Below are positions 37,641 through 49,132 of a stretch of 64,000 nucleotides of DNA, piece by piece. Location: the NCBI GenBank assembly GCA_026770705.1, contig JANJGN010000052.1:744001-808000 (forward strand). The letters run 5' to 3'. The stretch is from Isurus oxyrinchus (taxonomy: Eukaryota). The stretch's first letter is position 1; each line of letters opens with the position of its first letter. A program made the translations under genes and the position numbers. Under the pieces are notes generated by a model. The model saw only the letters and a program-made list of their open reading frames with translations. It was not told the DNA's origin and searched no databases.

Positions 37641-39043
37641 CATTGTTGTGCTCCCTCAGTACTAACCCTTTGACACTGCAGCACTCCCTCAGTACTAACC
37701 CTTCGATAGTGCTGCACTCCCACAGTATTGTCCCTCCGTCAGTGCAGCGCTACCTCAGTACTGACCCTCCGACAGTGCAACACTTCCACAGTACTGACCC
37801 TGTAACAATGCAGCACTTCCTCAGTACTGACCTCCGACAGTATAGCACTCACTCAGTACTGTCCCTCCAATAGTGCAACACTTCCACACTACTGACCCTC
37901 TGACAGTCCAGCACTCCCTCAGCACGGAGTGTTGACCGACGTTATGGGACTGAATTCCCTGGAGTGAGACTCAGACCAGAGATTTAGGTAGGGTTGTTCC
38001 GGCTGGAGGAGGTTACAGAGATAGGGAGGGTTGTAGAGGCTGTAGGAGGTAACAGAGATAGGGAGGGTTCTAGAGGCTGTAGGAGGTGACAGAGATAGGG
38101 AAGGTTGTAGGGGCTGTAGGAGGTTACAGAGATAGGGAGGTGAGTAGGGGCTGTAGGAGGTTAAAGAGATGGGGGGGGTTGTGGGGGCTGGAGGAGGTTA
38201 CAGAGGTAGGGAGGGTTGTAGAGGCTGGAGGAGGTTACCAAAATAGATACTGTTGTAGGGGCCATAGTAGGTTACAGAGATAGGGAGAGTTATAGTGTGG
38301 AGAGGACGTTATAGAGTTCATGAGCATTGTAGGGGCTGGAGGAGGTTACAGTGATTCTGAGGGTCGTGGGGCCTGGAGGAGGTTACAGAGATAGGGAGGG
38401 TTGTAGGGCCTGGAGGAGGTTACAGAGATAGGGAGGGTTGTAGGGTCTGGAGCAGGTTACAGAGATAGGGAGGGTTGTAGGGTCTAGAGGAGGTTACAGT
38501 GATCATGAGGGTTGTGGGGCCTGGGGGAGGTTACAGAGATAGGTAGGGTTGTAGGGGCTGGAGGAGGTTACAGAGATAGGGAGGTTTATAGGGGCTGGAG
38601 GAGGTTACAGAGATAGGGAGGGTTGTAGGGGCTGGAGGAGGTTACGGAGATAGGGACAGTTGTAGGGGCTGGAGGAAGTTACAGAGATAGGGATTGTTGT
38701 AGGGGCTGGAGGAGGTTACAGATATAGGGAGGGTTGTAGCGGCTGGAGGAGGTTACAGAGATAGGGAGGGGTGTAGGGGCTGGAGGAGGTTACAGAGATA
38801 GGGAGGGTTGTAAGGCCTGGTGGAGGTTACAGAGATAGGGAGTGGCTGAGGAGGGATTGAAAACAAGAATGAGAATTTCAGGGGAAACGACAGAAGGAAA
38901 TGATGTTAAATTCATAGAGGGCGACAATATTAAAGGCACGAACATAATAATATCAAACTGCGGAAGAGACCAGTCTATCTGGGTGGTAGACGTAGAGTCA
39001 TGTGCAAGAAACACCTCACCCAGAGGGACATCTCTTAGCTTAC

Positions 39044-39136
39044 CCTCGACAAGGAGAAGAAGTGACTCAGCTGCAGGGAGAGCAGCAAAGTCAGAGTGAA
39101 CAAGACAAGTCGCCATTTCATCTGGGAGCTTCCCAT
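39044..39136 (-). CDS. hamp: Hepcidin copy L exon 1 (signal peptide)
   Basis: MGSSQMKWRLVLFTLTLLLSLQLSHFFSLSR|gtaagc, phase 0; TATA upstream. Confidence 0.85.
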
Positions 39137-39199
39137 CTCTGCCTGTCTCTTCTGATCTTCTGGCTCTGCTTTGATGCTTTGGTTTGTAACTAGAGGAGC

Positions 39200-39425
39200 T
39201 TCCTGCTCTTATACCTGAAACACTTGAAGGGGACAGCCGGGGGCGGGTTGCTGTGTGGTATCACACCCATTTCTGGATATTGCAGTGTCGATGTTCCCTG
39301 TCCCACTGGCCTGGGACCAGCAGTAAGGTCACTGGGACATTGACTGTCTGGCACCGAGAACTATCAGTCCCTCCGCAACGCCCTTCACCTTGTGCAGATA
39401 TGTGTTCATATTGACGCAACACAAC
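39200..39425 (-). promoter_or_regulatory. Hepcidin copy L proximal promoter
   Basis: TATAAGAG 39206-39213 (- strand), GC box ~39240, TGACGCAA ~39412. GGTGCC at 39350-39355 where copy R has GGCGCC. Confidence 0.6.
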
Positions 39426-39769
39426 ATAGCAAAAACAGAGGGGCTGGTTCTTATGTCGGCAAATCAGGTGAACCGCATGCCCCCTAACCCCTTACTCCTC
39501 TCATTGCTACACTTACTATTTTACAAATTGTGTGCGTTGCTTTTATTTTGGACAAGGGGCCTCGAGGGGGAACTGATTTACGCTGAGGTTTAGGGGTTAA
39601 CTGTTTACCATGTGGAGACTGTCTGTCACCAGCTTTGTTCATGGTTTATCCAGGAACATTGAAGGGCATGAACGTTCTTGCTTTGTATGGAACAAGTTAC
39701 CAACTGGGTTCAGTCATCGACTCAGACTCACATCAACATAAACTGGCTTCTGACAGGTAAGTTTCTATT

Positions 39770-40380
39770 ACATGAGGGTAGGAGGAGGCCATTTGGCCCC
39801 TCGAGCCTGCTCCACCATTCAATGAGATCATGGCTGATCTGCAAACTAGCCCCATATGGCTTTGTCCCATCTCCTTTAATACCTTTGGATAACAAAAATC
39901 TATCAGTCTCACAGGTTTAAAATGAACAACTTGATCGTGCATCAGTTCCTGTTTGGGGAAGAGAGTTCCAAATTTCTCCCACCCTTTGTACTTCCTAATT
40001 TAATTCCTTTTTAGGCTCTGACCCTGAGTCCCAGACTCCCCCCAACCAGGGGAAATGGTTTCTCTTTATCGCCCCCGATCTGTTCCCCTTATTATCATGC
40101 GAACTTTCATCAAATCTCCTGCTTAACATTCTAACTTCCAGGGAATACAAGCCGAGTTTGTGTTTAATCTCTCCTTGTGATTTAACCCTTGGAGTCCCGG
40201 TCTCATTCTGGTAAACTGACACTGCTCTCCCTCCGAGGTCAATATATCCTTCCTAAGGTGTGGGGCCCAGAATGTCTCACAGTGACTCCAGGTGTGGTCT
40301 AGCCAGGGCTTTATGTAGACTGAAGCATGACCTCTGCCCCCTTATATTCTAATCCGTGAGATAGAAAGGGCAGAGTTCCA
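39770..40380 (-). mobile_element. Degenerate CR1 3' fragment (mirror at 57690-58300)
   Basis: GLEYKGAEVML, LGLYSLE, CR1-type 3' tail. Confidence 0.7.
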
Positions 40381-42999
40381 GAATTGTTGTGTTTATTCGA
40401 CAACAGAATAACAGAGGAAGGTTTCCTCTCTGCCCTCTTCAGCCCCACTGGGAAGGTCAGGATGAGAAGGTTGGGCTGGGTCCCCTGTACTGGACACTCG
40501 CTGAATCTTCCAATGATAGTTCTGGGCTGGATTTCAAAATGCATAGACAAGGATTCAGTGTTCCATCACATTCTGCCTTTGTCTCTTTTCCTCTCGTTCT
40601 CTTTCTCTACCATCCTCTCTCTCTATCTATCTATCTTTCTCCTCATTCTCTCCTGCTTCATCTCTATCACTTTCTTTCTACTTCTTTGTGTGTCTCTGTC
40701 TGTCTCTCTCTCTCTCACTCTTTCTTTCCTTGTCCTTATCTCTTTCAGTGTCTCCCTCTTTCTCTCTCTCTCTCTCTCTCTGTAAATGTGACCCTCTCTA
40801 ACAGTTTGGCCCAGTACTCTTATTTCCCTGTTTTACTGGTGTTCCATTTGAAGGTATACAAGACCAGATCAGACCAGAATGTTTATTTTCCAGTGTTTAC
40901 TGTGTTTTTTTTCATTCTGGGTGTCTCTCGACTCTGTCTGTCCCTCTCTGTCCTTTTATTTCATTCTTTCATGTGATGTGGACATCACTGCCTAGGCCAG
41001 CATTTATTGCCCAACCCTAATTGCCCTTGTTCAGAGGCCACTTTTTAAAAGTGAACCACATTGCTGTGGGTCTGGAGTCACATGTAGGCCAGACCAGGTA
41101 AGGACAGCAGATTTCCCTCCCTAAAGGGCATTTGTGACCCAAATACAAGAATCAGCAATGGTTTCCTGGTCATCATCGGACTTTTAATTCCAGGTTTTTA
41201 TTGAATTGAAATTCCACCAACTGCTGTGGTGAGATTCTAACCAGGGTCCCAGGAGCATTACACTGGGTCTCTGGATTACTGGTCCAGCGAAAATACCATC
41301 AGGCCCCCTCCTCCCCACTCTTCCCTTCCACCATCTTTCACAATCGCTCTCTCTCTCTCTCACTCTCCTTCTCTCTTCCCCCTCTCTCAGTCTCTGTCTG
41401 TCTCTCAATCTCTCTATCGCTCTCTATCTCCTGGAGGCTCTCTCTCTGACTGTCTCCCTCCCTATATCTGTAACCTCCTCTCTCTGTCCCTTTCCTCCAG
41501 CCCCTACAACCCTCCCTATCTCTGTAACCTCCACCTGCCCCTACAATCCTCCCCATCTCTGTAACCTCCTCCACCTCCCACAACCCTCCCTATATCTGTA
41601 ACCTCCTTCACAAGCCCATACAATCCTCCCTATCCCTGTAACAACCTCCAGCCCGACAACACCCCTATACATGTCACCTCCTCTAGCCACTGTAACCCTA
41701 ATAATCTCCCAAGCCTCCACCAGCCTTGACAATCCTGCCCATCTCTGTAACATCCTCCAACCACCACAACCCTCCCTATTTCTGTAATCTCTTCCAGTCC
41801 CTACAACCCTCCCTATCTCTACAACCTGCTCCACCCCCTGCAACTCGCCCTATCTCTGTGTCATCCTCCAGCCCCTACAACCCTCCCTATACCTGTAACC
41901 TCCTCCAGCCCCTACAACCCTCCCTATCTCTGGAACAGCTTCCAGCACTTACAACCCTCCCTATCTCTGTAACCTCCTCCAGCCCCTACAACACTCCTTA
42001 TCTCTGTAACCTCCTCCAGCCCCTACAACCCTCCCTATCTCTGTAACCTCCTCCAGCCCCTGTAACCCTCCCCATCTCTTGAAGGGTTCTCAAAATTTCC
42101 AACTGTCAAGGAACCCTGGGTTGGTGAGCATGACCCCTGACCTCTCCTAGTGCAATTTAGTTAGGGTTTGGGGGTGGGACAAGGGTAAGGGCATTAGTAG
42201 CGTGATTCTCCCTCGTTATGCCGTGTGTTCCCCATTCTTAACTCAGTGTACTTTGTAAGTCTGTATAATCTCAGTGTCATCCTAATGTTATAAGTTCATT
42301 TGTGACTTCAGTAAACTCAGTTTTTGTCTTGCACCAAAACCAGTTGTCTGCTGCACTTTGTGACAAGCCCCGAATAAGTCCAAGGTCTAGAACCCAGGGA
42401 TTGGGAGTGATTCAGACGGCTCAGAAGTCGCAGGTGAAGCTGACACACACCACCACACCCTACAAGGGGCTGAATGGCCTCCTCCTGTTCCTGTATAACG
42501 GACATAAGTGGCAGAATGGCCTCCTCCTGTTTCTGTGTAACAGTCTTGAGGGGGCTGAATGGCCTCCTCCTGTTCCTGTGTAACAGTCTCGAGGGGGCTG
42601 AATGGGCCTCTTCTGGTTCCTGTGTAACAGGCTCGAGGGGACTGAATGGCCTCCTCCTGTTCCTGTGTAACAGGCTTGAGGGGGCTGAATGGCCTCCTCC
42701 TGTTCCTGTGTAACAGGCTCGACGGGCTGAATGGCCTCCTTCTGCACTGTAAACTTGTTGTGATACTGTAACTGCCTCTTTGGTTTCATTCAGCTGAATC
42801 TTCAGCTCTTCAGTCTCTTCCTTGTATCTCTTGCCTTCCTCCTGGAACATTGGACATGGTTGGGTCTTCCCTGCCAACTGTTTCTTCAGTTTGCTCAGAG
42901 CGGCACAGAATTCGCTTTCTTTCTCTTCAGGATTTTCCAGTGGAACCAACTCTGACCTGAGGGACACTTGCAGCCTGTGAGGATGCTTCAATTCTTCAA

Positions 43000-44125
43000 A
43001 CTCATTCCGAGATACACTCTCATATTCCCCCAGCAACTCAGCAACTCCTCCAGTGAAACATTTCAGAGCAGCTGAGCTTGGTTTTCTGGAACCAGTCTCG
43101 GCCCAGAAGACTAGGGCCGTCACCTGTCGCTATGATCACTGGAAGCTGGGCTGTCTGCTGCCTGTAGGACACAGGTACTGGGATGAGGTCCTTTCCCTGT
43201 ATGGATTCTCCAGCGTGTGTCTTCAGCTGATCCATTGTTGGCTCTAAATTCAGCGTCTGGGTTCCTTCATTTAGCTGTTTAAATGTGGGCTCTTCCACCA
43301 CTGTGTCTGAGGCTCCCGTATCTGCCCCATTACTAGTGGCTGCCCATTCACTTGGGTTGTGATGGTTATAGGTTCAGTTTTTACCACTGTGACATTGGAC
43401 AGGGAATAGACATCGGTATCAGCAGCTTCAGGCTCTGTGATATTATTCACTTCCATCATGTTGGTGCACTGCCTGATGGGCTGTCTCGATTTCACCCTGC
43501 ATTGCTTTATTACCCACCCCTTTCTTGTGGCAGTGATGGCATTCTGCCCCCTTGAACCTGCAGGTGTCCGGTACGAGCTCACTCCCCCCCACATCGAGAA
43601 CAGGCCAACTTCGGAGTTGCTGCTGAAATACTCCCACGAAGCCTTTTAGTTTCTGGAGCGGCAGAGACTGTCTCTCGCTTGGCGGCTGTCTCTCTCTCTC
43701 TCCCTCTCTCTCTCTCCAGTTTGAGCCTCACGCCCGGTGGTTGGTTCCTGTCCCAGCTGAGGACTGGCGCCATGTTGTACATCCTGTAAATCCCGCCAGT
43801 CTCTCCCAGCACTTTCCATGCCTGGCGCTATTTCCATGGTGCGCTTCAAATCGATGTCGGCTTCTGCGAGTAAACGGCTCTGAATGGCGTTGGGGTGAAC
43901 GACACAAACCAATCGGCCCCGCAACATGTCATTGAGTGTGTCTCCGAGGTCCCAGTGCTCAGTCACCTGCTTCCACTTCACTGTATAGGTTGCGATGGAC
44001 TCTCCCGGGGCCCTTACTCTGGAGTTAAACTTAAACCTCTGCATTATTACCCACGGCTTCAGCTGAAAATACATCTTCATGAGGACGACTAATTGGTGAA
44101 AAGATTTAGAATTGGGTGTAATACC
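43000..44125 (-). mobile_element. Gypsy gag-protease fragment (left arm)
   Basis: KSFHQLV.LMK.YF.LKP.VI.QRFKFN.R, MLRGRLVC..AIQSRLLAE, CCHC knuckles, DTGAS. Confidence 0.85.
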
Positions 44126-44407
44126 CGTCACTGTCTTCAGCTCTGAGATTGTCAATCCCCACCGAACAATTCTTCCCTTCCAAGTCGCCGATTATTTTAG
44201 CACGTCCCACGAATGTGGCCACCCCATAATTGGGATCTTTGGTGTATGTGATGGTATATTTCCATCTATACCAATATTTATACCAAGCTCCGTGCAGTGC
44301 TGTGTAAGAGTGGGAAGGAAAGTCAAAGCTACACGGAATAACCACACAAGAGCTGCTGATGGCCCTCCGAGGCAGCGCCTTCATAGACCATCCCTCTGAC
44401 GTCACTC
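44120..44407 (-). pseudogene. Gene C (left copy) V-set exon truncated in strand F
   Basis: GVTSEGWSM...SSCVVIPCSFDFP...LHGAWY...GRAKIIGDL..KNCSVGIDNLRAEDSD, then runs into Gypsy gag and a stop. Confidence 0.85.
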
Positions 44408-45226
44408 CTGAAAGGCAACAAGGGAAGAGACAGGACATCAAAAAGCAGAATATTACTTCAATGGAGAGAGTCTACAGAATGCGGTACAGAGGGATCTGGG
44501 TGTCCATGTACATGAATCACAGAAAGTCAGCATTCAGGAACAGCACGGAATGAGGAAGGCAAGTGGAATGTTGGCCTTTATTGCAAAGGGATGGGGTATA
44601 AAAGGAGGGGAGTCTTGCTACAACTGTACAGGGCGTTGGTGAGATTGTATCAGGAGCAGTGTGTACAGTTCTGGTCTCCTTACTTAGGGAGGGATAGACT
44701 CTGCATTGGAGGCAGTTCAGAGGAGGTTCACTGGGCTGATTCCTGGGATGAAGGGGGTTTGTCTTATGAGGAAATGTTGAGCAGGTTGGCCCTGTATCCA
44801 TTGGAGTTTAGAAGAATGAGAGGTGATCTTATTGAAACATATAAGATTCTGAGGTGGTGGGGGGTTTGACAGGGTGCATGCTGAGGGGATGTTACCCCTT
44901 GTGGGGGAATCCTGTGAAGCAATAAGGATGTTTTACTGCATTAAAGGTGCTATATAAATGCACTGTCATTCCTATTGAAACAAGCTCTCTGATGCACAAA
45001 CAGAAAATGCTGGAAAAACTCAGCAGGTCTGACAGCATCTGTGGAGAGAGAAACAGAGTTGGTGTTTCGAGTCCGTATGAGACTTTTTCTTTTGCTAAAT
45101 TCTCTGACTCGCTAATCACTCACTCTCTGTGTGATCACTAACCCTGTTCTCTAAAATTAAATGTTCACTTCCTCACTCCAGGAAAGAATCCAATTCCCTG
45201 AGTGCCGATCAGTAATGAATTTGTAC

Positions 45227-45272
45227 CTTGCAGCAAGCTGATGAAGATCAGTATCAGACCGACCTCTCCCAT
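45227..45272 (-). pseudogene. MAG/Siglec-like gene C (left copy) leader exon
   Basis: MGEVGLILIFISLLQ-g|gtacaa, 46 nt, phase 1. Confidence 0.8.
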
Positions 45273-47064
45273 CTTCAGTTCCTCATCTAAATGGAAAATG
45301 ATAAAGACAGAGACTTTTTCAGAAATTGTCCCCAGTGTTTCTTCCTCAAACAACAACAACTTGTGTTTAAATGGCACCTTTCAGGGAATTAAACAGCCCC
45401 AGGGAATTATCTAATGTCAAGACAAAGAAGGAGAGATTGAGAAGGGACATCGCAAACCGATTCACCAAACACGGCAAAAATTCATTGTTCCCTCACTCCC
45501 TGTTCTGGGTGTCCAGCTTTTTCTCTCAGTGAGTTTAGTCCTCACAATCTCTATCTATCGCACTCTTCTGCTCTATCTCTCTCTCTCACACACACATTCT
45601 CTCTCTAACACTCACAATCTGTCTCTATCACACTCTTCTGCTCTATCTCTCGTTCACTCACACACACACATTCTCTCTCTAACACTCACAATCTCTCTCT
45701 ATCACACTCTTCTGCTCTATCTCTCTCTCTCACACACAGACACGTTCTCTCTCTAACACTCACAATGTCTCTCTATCGCACTCTTCTGCTCTATCTCTCT
45801 CTCTCTCTCACACACACATTCTCGCTCTTATACTCACAAAATTTTTCTCTATCACACTCTTCTGCTCTATCTCTCTCTCACACACACACACATTCTCTCT
45901 AACAATCACAATCCCTCTCTATCGCACTCTGCTTTCTCCCTCTCTCTCTCTCTCACACACACATTCTCTCTGTCAGCACTCACAATCTCTCTCTATAGCA
46001 CTCTTCTGCTCTATCTCTCTCTCTCTCTCACACACACACATTCTCTCTCTAACACTCACAATCTCTCTCTATCACACTCTTCTGCTCTATCTATCTCTCT
46101 CTCTCACACACACATTCTCTCTCTCAGACACACACATTCTTTCTCTCTCAAACATTTAACATTTATCTTCATCTCGCTCTTCTGCTGTCTCCCTCTTTCT
46201 CTCCCTCGCACACACACACACTCTCTGTCACAAACACACGCTCTCTCCCACACACTCTCTCTCACACACTCTCACATGCACACTCTCTCCCTCATATACA
46301 TATACTCTCTGTATCTGATGTCTGAATGCATTTCCAGGTAACTTCCCTCAGGATAACGTCTTATGCCACATTTTTAATGGACACTGCCTATGTAAACTGT
46401 CACACTGCAGTTGCATTCTCCCACCAGTAGAGGTGTTGTCCATCTAGAATGAAAGAAGCTTGCTTTCACATCCTCAGGATTTCGCAAAGGGCTGGACAGG
46501 CAATGAATTGTATTTGATTGATGGAGCACTGAGGGGTAAATCTACAATTCTCTGTTCAGGAGGTTGCTCATCCAATTCAGGGTCTTGTTGATCTGGAGTT
46601 TACCTTCTTTCAACACAGAATCGGAGCTGATACCAAGACTCCAGTGCGGCACTGAGAGAGGAGAGGGAACTCACGTGTCTGTATGTTTGTGTTTGTGTTT
46701 CTGCAGATGTGAGTGTGTTTGTGTGGGTATGCACACATGTGTCTGTGTGTGCGCATGCGCATGTGTCTGTGTGTCTAGGTCTGTCCATGAGTGAGAGTAT
46801 GTGCATGTGTGTGTCTATGTGTGGGCATGAATGTGTGTGTGTGTTTGAGATGGGTGTGTATTTTCCTGTGTATATGCTTGTATGTGTATGACTGTGTGTG
46901 GATAATTATGCATGTGTGNNNNNNNNNNNNNNNNNNNNNNNNNNNNNNNNNNNNNNNNNNNNNNNNNNNNNNNNNNNNNNNNNNNNNNNNNNNNNNNNNN
47001 NNNNNNNNNNNNNNNNNNNNNNNNNNNNNNNNNNNNNNNNNNNNNNNNNNNNNNNNTAACTCAC

Positions 47065-47345
47065 GTTCCACAGTGATGGTTATGAACCCCTCCACTGCTC
47101 CATGTTCATTCTCTGCCACACACTGATAGTCTCCAGTGTCCCTGGATGTAACGTGAGGAAACACCAACCACAGCTCATTGTTGGAACTTGTTCTGTTCAT
47201 TGGGACATTAAGATGTCGCCACGTCAGGTTAGAAGCTGGGAAGCTCTCGACAGAGCAGATTATCACTGCAGAATTCCCCTCAATTATATTGATCGATGAA
47301 GCGTTAATCATATCAAGAGAATTAATTGAGAGATTCTGGGTGCGT
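47065..47345 (-). pseudogene. Orphan I/C2-set exon with 1-bp deletion
   Basis: 281 nt versus 282 in paralogs; cca>cc near the acceptor gives an early TGA. Confidence 0.85.
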
Positions 47346-48109
47346 CTAAAAGAAATAAAGATTTTAATGTGAGCAAGCATAGTGCACAGCAAGACTCCAT
47401 GCATCATCTCTCTGTATCTGATGTTGGAATGCTTTTCCAGGTACCTTCCCTCATGAAAAATTACTGTCATATTTATAATGGACACTTCCTATGTAAACTG
47501 TCACACTGCAGTTGCTTCCTCCCACCAGTAGAGTTGCTAACCCTCTAGAATGAAAGAGACATCCTTTAACACTCTCAAGATGTCCCCAAGGGCTTGATAG
47601 GCAATGAATTGGATTTGATCGATGGAGCACTGAGGGCTAAATCTACATTTCTCTGTTCAGGAGGTTGCTCATCCAATTCAGGGTCTTGCTGATCTGGAGT
47701 TTACCTTCCTTCAGCACAGAATGGGAGCTGATACCATGACTCCAGTGCAGAACTGAGAGAGGAGAGGGAGCTCATACTTGTGTGTGTACTTCTGCACGTG
47801 AGTTTGTATTTGTGTGTATGCGCGTGTCTGTNNNNNNNNNNNNNNNNNNNNNNNNNNNNNNNNNNNNNNNNNNNNNNNNNNNNNNNNNNNNNNNNNNNNN
47901 NNNNNNNNNNNNNNNNNNNNNNNNNNNNNNNNNNNNNNNNNNNNNNNNNNNNNNNNNNNNNNTATGTGTGAGTTGAGTTTGTGTGTGTTTCTGTGTATGT
48001 GTTTGAACGTATGTTTGTGTGTAAGCGTGCATGTTTGTGTCTACACATGAGTGTTTTTGCATGTGTGAGTGTGTGTGTGTGAGTGATGTTGAAGTCTGTG
48101 TACACTCAC

Positions 48110-48391
48110 ATTCCACAGTGATGGTGATGAATCCCTCCACTGCTCCATGTTCATTCTCTGCCACACACTGATAGTCTCCAGTGTCCCTGGATGTAACGTG
48201 AGGAATCACCAACCACAGCTCATTGTTGCAACTTGTTCTGTTCATTGGGACATTAAGATGTCGCCACGTCAGGTTAGAAGCTGGGAAGCTCTCGACAGAG
48301 CAGATTATCACTGCAGAATTCCCCTCAATTATATTGATCGATGAAGCATTAATCATTTCAAGAGAAGTAAATGTGAGATTCTGTGGAGCAT
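48110..48391 (-). pseudogene. Orphan I/C2-set exon (frame intact, extra Cys in RTSCNN)
   Basis: 282 nt, AG/GT flanked; no upstream V/C2 or downstream TM exon seen on this strand. Confidence 0.75.
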
Positions 48392-49094
48392 CTAAGAACA
48401 AATTAAGTGTTTAATGTGAGCAAGCAGCGTGCACAGCAAGACTCCATGCATCATCTCTCTGTATCTGATGTCTGTATGCATTTCCAGATACCTTCCCTCC
48501 ATAAAACTTCCACTGTCAAATTTATAATGGGCACTGCCTATGTAAACAGTCAAACTACAGTTACATTCTCCCACCAGTAGAGGTGCTGTTCACCTAGAAT
48601 GAAAGAAACTTTCACATCCTCAGGATTTTGCCAAGGGATTTACGGGAATGAATTGTATTTGATCGATGGAGCACTGAGGGGTAAATCTACAATTCTCTGT
48701 TCAGGAGGTTGCTCATCCAGTTCAGGGTCTTTTTGATCTGGAGTTTATCTTCCTTCAACACAGAATCGGAGCTGACACCGAGACTCCAGTGCAGACCTGA
48801 GAGAGAAGAGGGACCTCACGCGTGTTTATGTGTATGTGTTTGTGTTTCTACATATGTGAGTATGTTTGTGTGAGTATGCATGCATGTGTCTGTGTGTGCA
48901 TGTGTGTATGTGTTTGCGCAAATGTGCGTGTGTCTTTGTGTATATTTCTGTGCATAAGTGAATGTGTGTACATGTGTATGTGTATGTGTGTGCACGTGTG
49001 AGTGTGTGTGTGTGAGTTGAGTGTGTGTATGTTTCTGTGTAGGTTTTTGCACGTGTATGACTGTGTGTAAATGTGCATGTATGTGCCTACACAT

Positions 49095-49132
<38 letters not shown>

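Larger units (their letters stand above)
34482..46305 (-). repeat. Left arm of large inverted segmental duplication
   Basis: Reverse-complement match to 51530-64000 throughout; ORF track mirrored (e.g. 43271-43594 vs 54889-55212). Confidence 0.95.

Noticed and set aside
40384-40976. Hydrophobic ORFs resembling TM proteins (also 36385-36908, 57268-57681, 61600-62282)
   Set aside because: Translations of CT/GA microsatellite-rich DNA.
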